Shown: piece after piece, positions 52,147-62,500 of the stretch
Numbering within the stretch: the first letter of the stretch is position 1
Layout: each line of letters starts with the position of its first letter
NCBI GenBank assembly: GCA_973895155.1
Contig: OZ316898.1
Span: 12,301,559 to 12,365,558 of the forward strand
Direction: 5' to 3'
DNA length: 64,000 nt
DNA from: Marsupella aquatica
Taxonomy: Eukaryota; Plantae; Marchantiophyta
The notes under the pieces: generated by a model
Database searches by the model: none
Told to the model about the DNA's origin: nothing
The model's input: the letters and a program-made list of their open reading frames with translations, nothing else
Made by a program: the position numbers and the translations under genes

Positions 52147-53750
52147 AGTGGTATCAGAGCAAGCTTGGGAGGTGACGTTGAGGTGATCAAAATTTTCATG
52201 ACGTGTTGGTGACGGTTTTTCCAGCGGTTAGAGTCGGTGGATTTCATGGAGTTCTGTCGCATGGAACTTGGAGGTGTTGGGCTCAACGGATAGATCGGGG
52301 CAAGGGCTTTCCGACGGTGCAAAGAAATCTCTGAACAGAGTTTGTGGTGCGGAGGAATTCACGTTTCCATCGTTCTGGATTTTTTGTGATTCGTGTACGA
52401 CAGTTTTTTTCGACGGTTCTTTTGGGGGGGAACTGAGATCGTTTTCTCGACGGTGTGAGCTTTGTGGTGCGTGAGGCGTCACAACCTTTAGCTCAAATCG
52501 TAGATCAGGCAAAGCTGATCGTTTCGGTAGCTGGATTGCTGCCGAGTTGTTACCGAGTGCGACGTGACGAGTGACGGAGGTGTTCAGGTTTTTTTCCACA
52601 AGCTATGGAGCTTGTTCTCATCTGAACCGGGTTTTTCTTTGTAACGTCCGACTCGGTGGAAGAGACACGAAGTGCTACGGCTCAACGGTTTGATCGCGGT
52701 GAGGCGGTCGTTTTGAGCCCGGGATTGGCACTTGATACGGAGTGAAGGCGACGCGACGGAATTTTTTTATTCTGCTGGAGCAGTAGACTGCGCCGGTGCA
52801 ATTCGGCAACATTTCCCGTCGGCGGCGTTCACTTTTCTCACTTAAAACAGCGGCGTTCAAGGTGTGTAAACGACTTTTTTGTTTTAAAGTCAAATCTTGG
52901 CTTAGGTTAGGGCCACTTTTGGTGTGTATACACACCCTCCCGGCCCTTAGTCCCCCATCGTTTCCCCTTGTACGCCCGACCCCCCCCGCACCTTGTTTTC
53001 CCCTCATCCTTCAGCCGCGGCGACGAGCTGTGCAACACCGGCTGGCGCTTTTTGCGCGCTCGTACGCCCTCCACCATACTGTGTCGGTCGCTACCGCGGC
53101 ACCGCCCTGTCATCGTATGCCCAGCCCTTTGCGGCTCTACGCCGCTTGTACGTGGCTGTACCCTCATCCCGCCCCGACGCCGACCATATGCCCTTCGTAC
53201 CCCCGGCCCTTTACGGGGTATTTTAGGCTTTAAGGGGCTTAAGCACCCCCTTTAGTGCCCATTTTTAGCCTTTTTTCCCTCTCATTAGTTTGTCCCATGT
53301 GCCGGGACCTGCCGCCCTCCGTTTTAACCACTTGGACAGGGGGAACTGCCCCCTGTGAGACCTGCTGTACTGTGCGGGAATATTCCCGAAAAACAGAGAG
53401 CTGTTTTTCGACCGTTCGACAAAGATTCCGTCCGCCGAACGGTAACTTTTTTGGTTCTTTTTCGGCGAGGATGTTGCCACTGGAGTTAGCAACGCGGCGC
53501 ACCGATCACATCGCGATTCCGACGATAGGTTGTACTGGGTATTTTGGTTATTCTCCGAGGTGGTCAAAATGGGGGAGTTTCCCAAGGTTTTACCCACCCC
53601 GACCGAAATTTGAATAACTTTTCCGTCAAATTTTGATTTTGATTTTGGCTTTCAGTATTGGACTCCTAGCTTCGTGGGCTATGCGGCGGTGTTGAGTTTT
53701 GAGTTTTATGAGAAGTTTCGAAAAAAGACGTTTTTTCGTGATTGTTTCAT

Positions 53751-54806
53751 ATGAGTGACTCAGAGGATACTGGAAGAATTGGCGTCGGTGGAGCTTCAGG
53801 ATCGCGACGATCAGACGGAGAGTCTGAGGAGGAGCTGCTACCGTTTGAGGAAGAACTAGTGACACCGGTACGATCACCGGTGCGGCGTGCAGTGGAGGAA
53901 GCTGTGTTACTACCAGAGCTGTCGGTAGTAAGGAAGAAGAGGGAGATGGCTAGATTCGGAGGAATAAAGTTTGAGGTGGAGAAGTACGATGGTCGTACTG
54001 ACTACTTGCTGTGGGAGAAGCAAGTGAAGGGTGTTCTACGGGCCATGGGCTTAGCTCATCTGCTCTCTTTGCGAGAGCAGTATGATGGAGAGGAGGAGAT
54101 TTCTTTGAGACAGTGGAGACAGGAGTAGGTGATTGCTGTCAATGCAGTGATGCTATATCTCAAGCCGCACATCATCAAGCAGCTGGATGATTATGCGGAT
54201 TACACGTCACTGTTCAAGGCTCTAAGAGAGAAGTACTACCGGGAAAATGCGTCAGACCGGCTGTACAAGAAGTCTCTCTTGATGAGCCTTAGGCTCAAGG
54301 AAGGGAGCAAGATGCAGGATCACCTGGATGAATTTGACAGTCTAGCGGTGGATCTGTCAAACCTGGGAAAATGAGTTAAAGATGAGGATAAGGTCTTGCT
54401 TCTGCTAAGCTCCTTACCGCTGTCTTATCAGGGCTTGAAACAGGTGCTCTTGTACAGAGATTTGAAGTCCATTTCGTATAATGAGGTGGTGAGCTCATTA
54501 CTGTCTGATGATGCTCAGAAGAAGCTGGGTCTATCACAGACAACATCTTCTTCTGGCACTGCGCTGAATGTGAACAGGGGAAGAGCAGCGCAGCGCACGA
54601 ATGGGCAGAACAGGTTTAGATCTACATCACGGGGGAGATCTAAATCCAGAGGGAAATCGCAAGAGAGGAAGCCTCTTGCATGTTGGAATTGTGGCAAGTC
54701 TGGCCACATGAAAAGGGATTGTCGAGTAAAGGTCCCTACTGCCTCTGCTAATGCGGCATCGAGCTCGCATGAGGTAGATTTACTCGATGATGATGACATA
54801 TTGTGA
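53751..54806 (+). pseudogene. gag: copia 1 gag (two premature stops)
   Basis: KFEVEKYDGRTDYLLW, UBN2-like HLDEFDSL...LLLSSLP, and zinc knuckle CWNCGKSGHMKRDC. In-frame stops at 54126-54128 and 54372-54374; terminal TGA at 54804-54806. Confidence 0.9.
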
Positions 54807-57800
54807 TGTCAAGGTTATGCTCTCAACGTAGTATCAAATCCAGGTAGTGATGACTGGATTCTAGATAATTCATGTACTTTTCATATTTGCTCTAGAAGAG
54901 ATTGTTTCAGTTCTTACACGATTTCCAACGGGTCAGTGTTGATGGGAAATGGAATCCCATGTCAAGTTGTTGGACTTGGATCTGTAAGATTTCAGATGTT
55001 TGATGGTGCTGTGAGAAAGTTGAGGAATGTGAGACATATTTCCAGCATGATGAAAAATCTCATTTCACTTGGAGTTTTAGAAGCAAATGGCCATCAGTGG
55101 AGCTCTGCTAATGGTATCCTTCAAGTTTCAACTGGTACTAAAGTTGTATTGAAGGGAAAGAGACATAGCAATCTATACGTTTTGGAGGGCAGTGTAGTTT
55201 GTGATGAAGCCAATGTAACCTTATCTCATGAGGAGACGGCCCGGTTGTGGCACTTCCATTTGGGCCACATGAGTGAAAAAGGTTTGGTTATTCTTCAGAA
55301 GAAAGGATTACTTTCTAATTTGCAATCTTGTAAGTTGGAATTTTGTGAGCACTGTGTGCTAGGGAAGCAGCACAGGAAACCCTTCGGAGTTGGAACTCAC
55401 ACCAGCAAGGAGGTACTTGAGTATGTACATAGTGATGTGTGGGGTCCAGCCCCTACTCCCTCACATTCTGGATGGTTATACTATGTCACGTTCATAGACG
55501 ATTACTCAAGGTATGTGTGGATATACTTTCTACACAATAAGTCTAATGTTTTTGCCACTTTTAAGGAGTGGAAAGCCCAAGTTGAGAATCAGACTGGTAA
55601 TAAGGTGAGATATCTTCGATCAGATAACGGCGGTGAATACAGTTCCGGTGAATTTGGAACGTATTGTAAGGAGCAGGGGATCACCCGCCATCTCACAACA
55701 AGTTATACTCCTCAGCAAAATGGTATTTCTGAGAGACTCAACCGAACACTATTGGACCGCTCGAGGAGTATGTTGAGTCAATCATGCTTACCACATGAGT
55801 TTTGGGCTAAAGCTGTCAACACTACAGCTTATTTGGTAAATTTTTCTCCATCCAGTTCTATTGGATTCAAAACGCCATTTGAAATGAGGTATGGGCGTCC
55901 AGCAGATTACTCACATCTGAGGATTTTTGGATGTGATGCTTATGTGCTTACACCTTCCCAGCTTCGATCCAAGCTGGAGTCCAAGTCGAAGAAGTGCATT
56001 TTCCTTGGCTATCAGAAAGGTGTTAAGGGTTATAGGTTATGGGATCCAGTAACCTGTAAACTAATTGTCAGTAGAGATGTGTCCTTTAATGAATCCAGAT
56101 CATCAAAGGAGGGGGAGAGTTCTCAGGACTCCCATAATGACAAGGGGAAATCTCCCATCCCGGACCGGGTTGAGGGGAAGATTAGTCATGATGCAGTTCA
56201 TGACAGGAGAGATGGAGAAGCTTCGGGCTTGGAGCTGGTTCCTGTGATGGAACAAGAGGAGCAGATTGTTGCTGGGGTACCTCAAATTCAACCAGCAACA
56301 GTAGTAGATCAGCCTGAGTCATCTACTAGAAGAACTTCCAGTCGTTCTACTAGAGCTCCTACCAGGTATGGTCAATGGGCAGACTCATCTAAGCTAGATG
56401 ATATTGACATTGCACCTGATGAAGATGATATGGCTTTGATCTTGGAAGAAGGAGAGCCTTCTTCGTATAGTGAGGCTTGTGCTTCAAAGCAGAAGCATGA
56501 GTGGAATGCAGCAATGCAGAGGGAGTTGCAATCTTTGAGTGACAACAAGACATGGGAGCTGGTGGAGCTTCCAAGAGGTCAGCAAGTGGTGGACAGCAAG
56601 TGGATTTACAAGTTGAAGGATAGTCCTTCAGAGGGTGGAGATAAGATCTATAAGGCACGGCTTGTTGCCAAGGGATTCACTCAGGAGAAAGGAGTGGATT
56701 ACAATGAGGTCTTTTCACCGGTAGCTAAGTATTTCACAATTCGGATCTTGTGTCAGCTTGTTGTGTTTTTTGGTCTGGTGATGGATCAGATGGATGTTGT
56801 TACTGCTTTTCTCTATGGCAACTTGGAAGAGATGATCTTCATGAGACAACCACTAGGCTTTATGAAGAAGGGCCAAGAGAACTTAGTTTGCAGATTGCTC
56901 AAGTCCTTGTATGGATTGAAGCAGTCTCCCAGACAATGGAACAAGCGGTTTGATGATTTCATGTTTGCTCAAGGTTTTACAAGGATGGTGTATGATCCTT
57001 GTGTGTATACAAAATCAGTCAAGAATGATGTATTCGGTTTCATCATTCTGGTGATCTATGTGGATGACATGCTGATTGTGGCTAAAGATCAATCTGAGGT
57101 TGACAGTCTCAAGGTGAAATTGAGTGCTGAATTCAGGATGAAGGATCTTGGTAAGGCCAAGAGGATCTTAGGGATGGAGATTTTTAGGAACTCTGAGACT
57201 GGACAGTTGTGCTTGAGTCAAGGCCATTATGCGAGGAAAGTACTTGCACGATTCAACATGGAAAACTGTAAGCCAGTGAATATTCCTTTAGCTTCACATT
57301 TCAAGTTATCATCGGCTTTCTCTCCTACGGATGCTATGGAGAAAGGTCTGATGGCTAAGATTCCTTATGAGAAGGCAGTAGGCAGTCTGATGTATTTGAT
57401 GACTTGTACTAGGCCTGACTTGGCCCTAGCGATGGGCAAGGTTAGCAGATTCATGTCAAATCTAGGGAAGGTACACTGGGAAACTGTGAAATGGATTCTC
57501 AGGTATGTGAAGGGAACACAGGACTATGGATTACTATTTGATAACAGACCAGATAGAACGTTGGTTGGCTATGTAGATTCTGACTATGGAGGCTGTCTGG
57601 ATACAAGGAGGTCTACAACTGGGTTTGTATACACTCTTGGAGGAGGATGTATCAGTTGGAAATCTACCTTGCAGAAGTGCATATCTCAGTCTACTACAGA
57701 AGCAGAGTATGTTGCAGCAGCAGAAGCAGCAAAGGAAGCAATTTGGTTGGATAAGTTGATCGCGGAGATGGGTTTAGAGCATGGAAAAATGACTCTAAAC

Positions 57801-58025
57801 TGTGATAGTCAGAGTGCTCTTCGCTTGGCTGCTAACCAGGTGATGGATAGCAGGGTGAAGCACATTGATATCAGGTACCATTTTATCAGGCAAGCAGTGT
57901 CTGATAAAACTTTTGAGCTAGTCAAGATTGATGGAAATCTCAATCCCGCTGATGGCTTTACCAAAGTGATTCCTTTGGAGAGTTTCTCAAGACACCGTGC
58001 TACTTTGCAGGTTTTGCAGTTGTAG
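54807..58025 (+). CDS. pol: copia 1 pol (protease-integrase-RT-RNase H), open frame
   Basis: WILDNSCTFH (PR); LWHFHLGH..CEHC, VHSDVWGP, LRSDNGGEY, QQNGISER, GVKGY (INT); YKARLVAKGF, LYGLKQSPRQW, YVDD (RT); GYVDSD, TEAEY, KHIDIRYHFIR (RH). It is in the same frame as gag. Confidence 0.93.
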   Translation, partial: CQGYALNVVSNPGSDDWILDNSCTFHICSRRDCFSSYTISNGSVLMGNGIPCQVVGLGSVRFQMFDGAVRKLRNVRHISSMMKNLISLGVLEANGHQWSSANGILQVSTGTKVVLKGKRHSNLYVLEGSVVCDEANVTLSHEETARLWHFHLGHMSEKGLVILQKKGLLSNLQSCKLEFCEHCVLGKQHRKPFGVGTHTSKEVLEYVHSDVWGPAPTPSHSGWLYYVTFIDDYSRYVWIYFLHNKSNVFATFKEWKAQVENQTGNKVRYLRSDNGGEYSSGEFGTYCKEQGITRHLTTSYTPQQNGISERLNRTLLDRSRSMLSQSCLPHEFWAKAVNTTAYLVNFSPSSSIGFKTPFEMRYGRPADYSHLRIFGCDAYVLTPSQLRSKLESKSKKCIFLGYQKGVKGYRLWDPVTCKLIVSRDVSFNESRSSKEGESSQDSHNDKGKSPIPDRVEGKISHDAVHDRRDGEASGLELVPVMEQEEQIVAGVPQIQPATVVDQPESSTRRTSSRSTRAPTRYGQWADSSKLDDIDIAPDEDDMALILEEGEPSSYSEACASKQKHEWNAAMQRELQSLSDNKTWELVELPRGQQVVDSKWIYKLKDSPSEGGDKIYKARLVAKGFTQEKGVDYNEVFSPVAKYFTIRILCQLVVFFGLVMDQMDVVTAFLYGNLEEMIFMRQPLGFMKKGQENLVCRLLKSLYGLKQSPRQWNKRFDDFMFAQGFTRMVYDPCVYTKSVKNDVFGFIILVIYVDDMLIVAKDQSEVDSLKVKLSAEFRMKDLGKAKRILGMEIFRNSETGQLCLSQGHYARKVLARFNMENCKPVNIPLASHFKLSSAFSPTDAMEKGLMAKIPYEKAVGSLMYLMTCTRPDLALAMGKVSRFMSNLGKVHWETVKWILRYVKGTQDYGLLFDNRPDRTLVGYVDSDYGGCLDTRRSTTGFVYTLGGGCISWKSTLQKCISQSTTEAEYVAAAEAAKEAIWLDKLIAEMGLEHGKMTLNCDSQSALRLAANQVMDSRVKHIDIRYHFIRQAVSDKTFELVKIDGNLNPADGFTKVIPLESFSRHRATLQVLQL

Positions 58026-58232
58026 TGCAAGTAGAGTTATTTAGCAATGTGTGACTATTTGTATATGGATTACTCATTCCTGTTAGGCTACGGCTTAGTT
58101 CTAGTTAACCCTTAGTTAACCCTTGTGGTTTTTAGGGGGAGACCTGGTTTGGTGATTGTCTAAAACTTCCCGCTGAGGATTCCATATGGTAGCTTTTAGT
58201 CCAGTCCCCAAGACAAGAGTCAAGGGGGAGTT

Positions 58233-58576
58233 TGTTAGATATTGCTCTAGTCTTGTGACTCTTGTGCTAACCACAGTTAGGCTAACTCAGGTTAGGACCT
58301 AGCTAAGGTTAGCGGTAGTGCTGTTGTGCATATAGCCAGGGTTGATGCCAGACCCTGGTGGAACAAAGGCTCATTGTTATGGAGCTAGTTGAGAGATAGG
58401 AAGAGCTTGTGCTGTGGGTGCTTGGTATGGCCGGTCGGCCTAGAGTGCAGTAAAGCTCTTGTGTGTTCCCGTGGACGTAGCCTCATGTGGAGGTGAACCA
58501 CGTATCTCTCTGTGTCGACTATTGTGCGTTGGATGGTTCATGGGCTTGCCGTTACAAATATCGTCTATGCTAAACA
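58233..58576 (+). repeat. 3' LTR of copia 1
   Basis: Preceded by the PPT and followed by the TSD TGAAA. Confidence 0.95.
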
Positions 58577-59538
58577 TGAAAGAGTTGAAGGTCCCTAACT
58601 GTCCCTACCTGGGCTTTCAACTCTTCCACAAAGTTTGTGTCTTTGTGCAAACATGTGTTTGCCAACATGAACTTGGCCTATCAATCTGTACATGTGATGC
58701 CTAGCCAAGTATCAGTAGTTTGCAATTAACGGTAAGTCCCTAAAGTACAATGATCAGGATAGGAAAAACCAGGGGAAAAATAAACAAGTAAAATGAGAAA
58801 AGACAAAAACCTAAGTTTAAAGAAAACATATTGCATTAAACCATTTCAGCTGTGAGGGAGTTGGGGTACAAAGTTCAATTACAATGGTAAGTAGTCCTAA
58901 GTATGATAAAGGTTGTTGTTGAGCATAAGTACACTAGTAGGCGGCTTCACGACAGGGACTGAGTCAAGTGCGACATGAATAGGGTGGAATCAATTTGAGC
59001 TTCTATGAAGTCATTTGTTATTGGAGTTGTTTACCATATATGCACTAGCAAATGCAGACCTATGGGGTGAAGTTGACAGTAGTAGACAAGTGAAGTTTGC
59101 AACTCGGTTTGCTAGGTTAGTGTGGTGGGTATTAGAGACGCCATGTACCGGTGCACTAAGAAGCATTGGACATTGCCAGGCATGACGGAGGCTAGCTTGG
59201 GCAACAAAAGTTGTACTAGGAGGAGAATTGCCTGGACCCGGGATGAAGAGAGGATCTGGGGCATGGCCTTGGGACCACCAAAAGAGGATTGTTCAACTCA
59301 ATCAGTCAGGAAGCCAACAACAACAAGAATGCATAGTCCAACTTCTATGGTGCAATATGGGTGACGAGACCATACTAGTTGTTCATGATGCTGAGAAGAA
59401 TGCATGCTATTGCTCAGGTTCTCTCCAACACTTTGGTACACATGTGACACTTTGGTACACATGTGGCAGGAGGTGGTGTTCAATTTTCTTGGTACTCCAC
59501 CACAACAATTATGGGTTGATTATGGGGGGGGGTATAGT

Positions 59539-62500
59539 TGTTGAACTAAGACGTCATTCGCAACGACCATACAACCATGACTCATTCCATGCACACGTAG
59601 TCGACACAATCTCTACGTGGTTCACCTCTTCTCCAAGGCTACGTCCACACGAACACTCAAGCTTTACTTCAAGAGTAGACGAACACACATCCTCTCCCTC
59701 TTCCTCAAGTTGCTCTATTACAATCAGTAAGCACCACACACCAGCGGCTTACACTAGCCCTGGTATATACAAGGTCACACACGACTAATCTAACCTCAGC
59801 TAAGATCCTAACTGTGGTTAGCCTAAGTGCCGTAACCTATGAGTCACAAGACTAAGAGCAATCCTTAACAAACTCCCCCTTGACTCTAGTCTTGGGGACT
59901 GCAATTTCTGCTATCCATATGAGATACTCAGCGGGAAATTCTAGACAATCACCTAAAACCATAGGTGTCCCCCTAAAAACCATTTAAGGTTAACTAAGGG
60001 TTAACTAGAATTAAGCCGTAGCCATAACAGGATTGAGTAACCCATATACAGAAATTACATATTGTTAAGTTACTCTACTTGTGCTGCAAATGCAAAACTT
60101 GCAAAGTAGCACGGTGTCTTGAGTAACTCTCCAAAGGAATCACTTTGGTAAAAGCATCAGCCGGGTTGAGCTTTCCATCAATCTTGACTAGCTCAAACAT
60201 TTTATCAGACACTGCTTGCCTAATAAAATGGTACCTGATGTCAATGTGTTTCACCCTACTATCCATAACCTGGTTAATAGCTAGGTGAAGCGCACTTTGG
60301 CTGTCACAATGAAGAGTCATTTTTCCATGCTCCAATCCCATCTCAGTGACCAACTTATCCAACCAAATTGCTTCCTTTGCTGCTTCTGCTGCTGCAACAT
60401 ATTCTGCTTCTGTAGTAGACTGAGATACACACTTCTGCAAGGTAGATCTCCAACTTATGCATCCTCTTCCAAGAGTAAACACATACCCAGTCGTTGACCT
60501 CCTTGTTTCCAGACAGCCTCCGTAGTCAGAATCTACATAGCCAACCAAAGATTTGGTTTTGTTTGATCTACTATCAAACAACAGACTATAGTCTATTGTG
60601 CCCTTAAGATACCTGAGAATCCATTTCACAGCCTCCCAATGTACCTTCCCTGGATTTGACATGAATCTACTCACTTTGCCCATTGCTAGGGCTAGATCAG
60701 GCCTGGTACATGTCATCAAATACATTAGACTGTCCACTGCCTTCTCATATGGAACCTTAGTCATCAAACCTCTCTCCACTGGATCCGTGGGGCAGAAAGC
60801 CGATGATAACTTGAAATGTGGAGCCAAAGGAATACTTACTGGCTTACAATTTTCCATGTTGAATCTTGCAAGTATCTTTTCAGCATACTTGCCTTGATTC
60901 AACCACAACTATCCAGTTTCAAAGTTCCTCGTAATCTCCTAAGATCCTCTTGGCTTTCCCAAGATCCTTCATTCAGAATTCAGAACTCAATTTTGCTTTG
61001 AGTTTGTCAACCTCAGTTTGATCCTTAGCCACAATCAACATGTCATCCACATAGAGCACCAGAATGAGCAAACCAAACACACCATTCTTGACTGATTTCG
61101 TATACACACAAGGGTCATACACCATCCTAGTGAATCCTTGTGCAAGCATGAAATCATCAAACCGCTTGTTCCACTGCCGAGGAGCTTGCTTCAATCCATA
61201 CAAGGACTTAAGTAACCTGCAAACTAAACTCTCTTGGCCCTTCTTCACAAAGCCCAGTGGTTGCCTCATGAAAATTTGTTCCTCCAAGGTGCCATAGAGA
61301 AAAGCAGTAACAACATCCATTTGATCTAACACCAGATCAAAAAACACAACAAGTTGACACAAAATTCGTATCGTGGAATACTTGGCAACTGGAGAGAAGA
61401 CCTCATTGTAATCCACTCCCTTCTCTTGAGTGAATCCCTTAGCAACAAGCCTTGCCTTGTATATCTTGTCTCCTCCATCTGAAGAGTTGTCCTTCAGCTT
61501 GTAAATCCACTTGCTATCCACCACTTGTTGATCACTTGGCAGCTGCACCAGCTCCCATGTTCTATTGTCACTTAAAGATTGCAACTCCCTCTGCATCGCT
61601 GCATTCCATTCATCTTTCTCGTCTGAAATGCACGCCCCATGATAAGAAGAAGGTTCTCCTTCTTCCAAGATCAGTGCTCTGTCATCATCATCAGGTGTAA
61701 TGTCAACATCATCTAACCTTGATGAATCTGTCTATTGTCCATACCTTGTAGGAGCTCGAGTAGTACGTCTCAATTTTCTAGCTGATGATTCTGGTTGATC
61801 TTGTTCTGTTGGTTGAATTTGAGGTATTCCATCAACAGCCTGCTCCTCTTGTTCCATTACCGGAACCAGCTCCATTCTTGGAGCACCTCCTTCATTTATG
61901 TCATGAACACTCTCATGATTAATCTCCCCCACAACATGGTCCAGGATAGGAGATTTACCTTTGTCAGTACGGGAAGCCTGAGCATTCTCCCCCTCCTTTG
62001 ATGATCTGGATTCATTAAAGGATACATCTCTACTGACAAGCAACGTACAAGCTTCTGGATCCCAAAGCCTGTAACCTTTCACACCTGGTTGATAACCAAG
62101 AAAAAGACACTTCTTGGAAGTAGAATCTAGTTTAGATCGATTCTGCTTACGTGTGAGAGCATATGCATCACTTCCAAAGACTCTCAAAACCTGATAGTCT
62201 GCGTGCCGTCCATACCTCATTTCAAACGGCGTTTTGAAATTGATTGCACTTGAAGGAGAAAGATTTACCAAATAAGCTGCCGTATTTATAGCTTCAGCCC
62301 AAAATTCATGCGGTAAACCTGATTGGCTCAACATACTCCTCGATCGCTCCAATAGTGTTCGGTTTAGCTGCTTACAAACACCATTCTGTTGAGGAGTATA
62401 AACTGTCGTGAGATGACGAGTAATCCCTTGCTCTACACAATATAGTTCAAATTCACTTGAATTGTACTCCCCGCCGTTATCTAATCGCAGATATCTCACC

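Larger units (their letters stand above)
51803..58576 (+). mobile_element. Full-length Ty1/copia LTR retrotransposon (6.77 kb)
   Basis: 344-bp TG..CA LTRs at 51803-52146 and 58233-58576 (7 mismatches counted). 5-bp TSD TGAAA (51798-51802 / 58577-58581). PBS TGGTATCAGAGC (tRNA-iMet) at 52149-52160. PPT AAGGGGGAG at 58222-58230. Domain order gag-PR-INT-RT-RH. Confidence 0.97.

Noticed and set aside
52228-53617. Extra or antisense genes in the copia leader
   Set aside because: Overlapping ORFs in several frames are expected in GC-rich DNA and none has a recognisable domain. Kept only as part of the leader finding.
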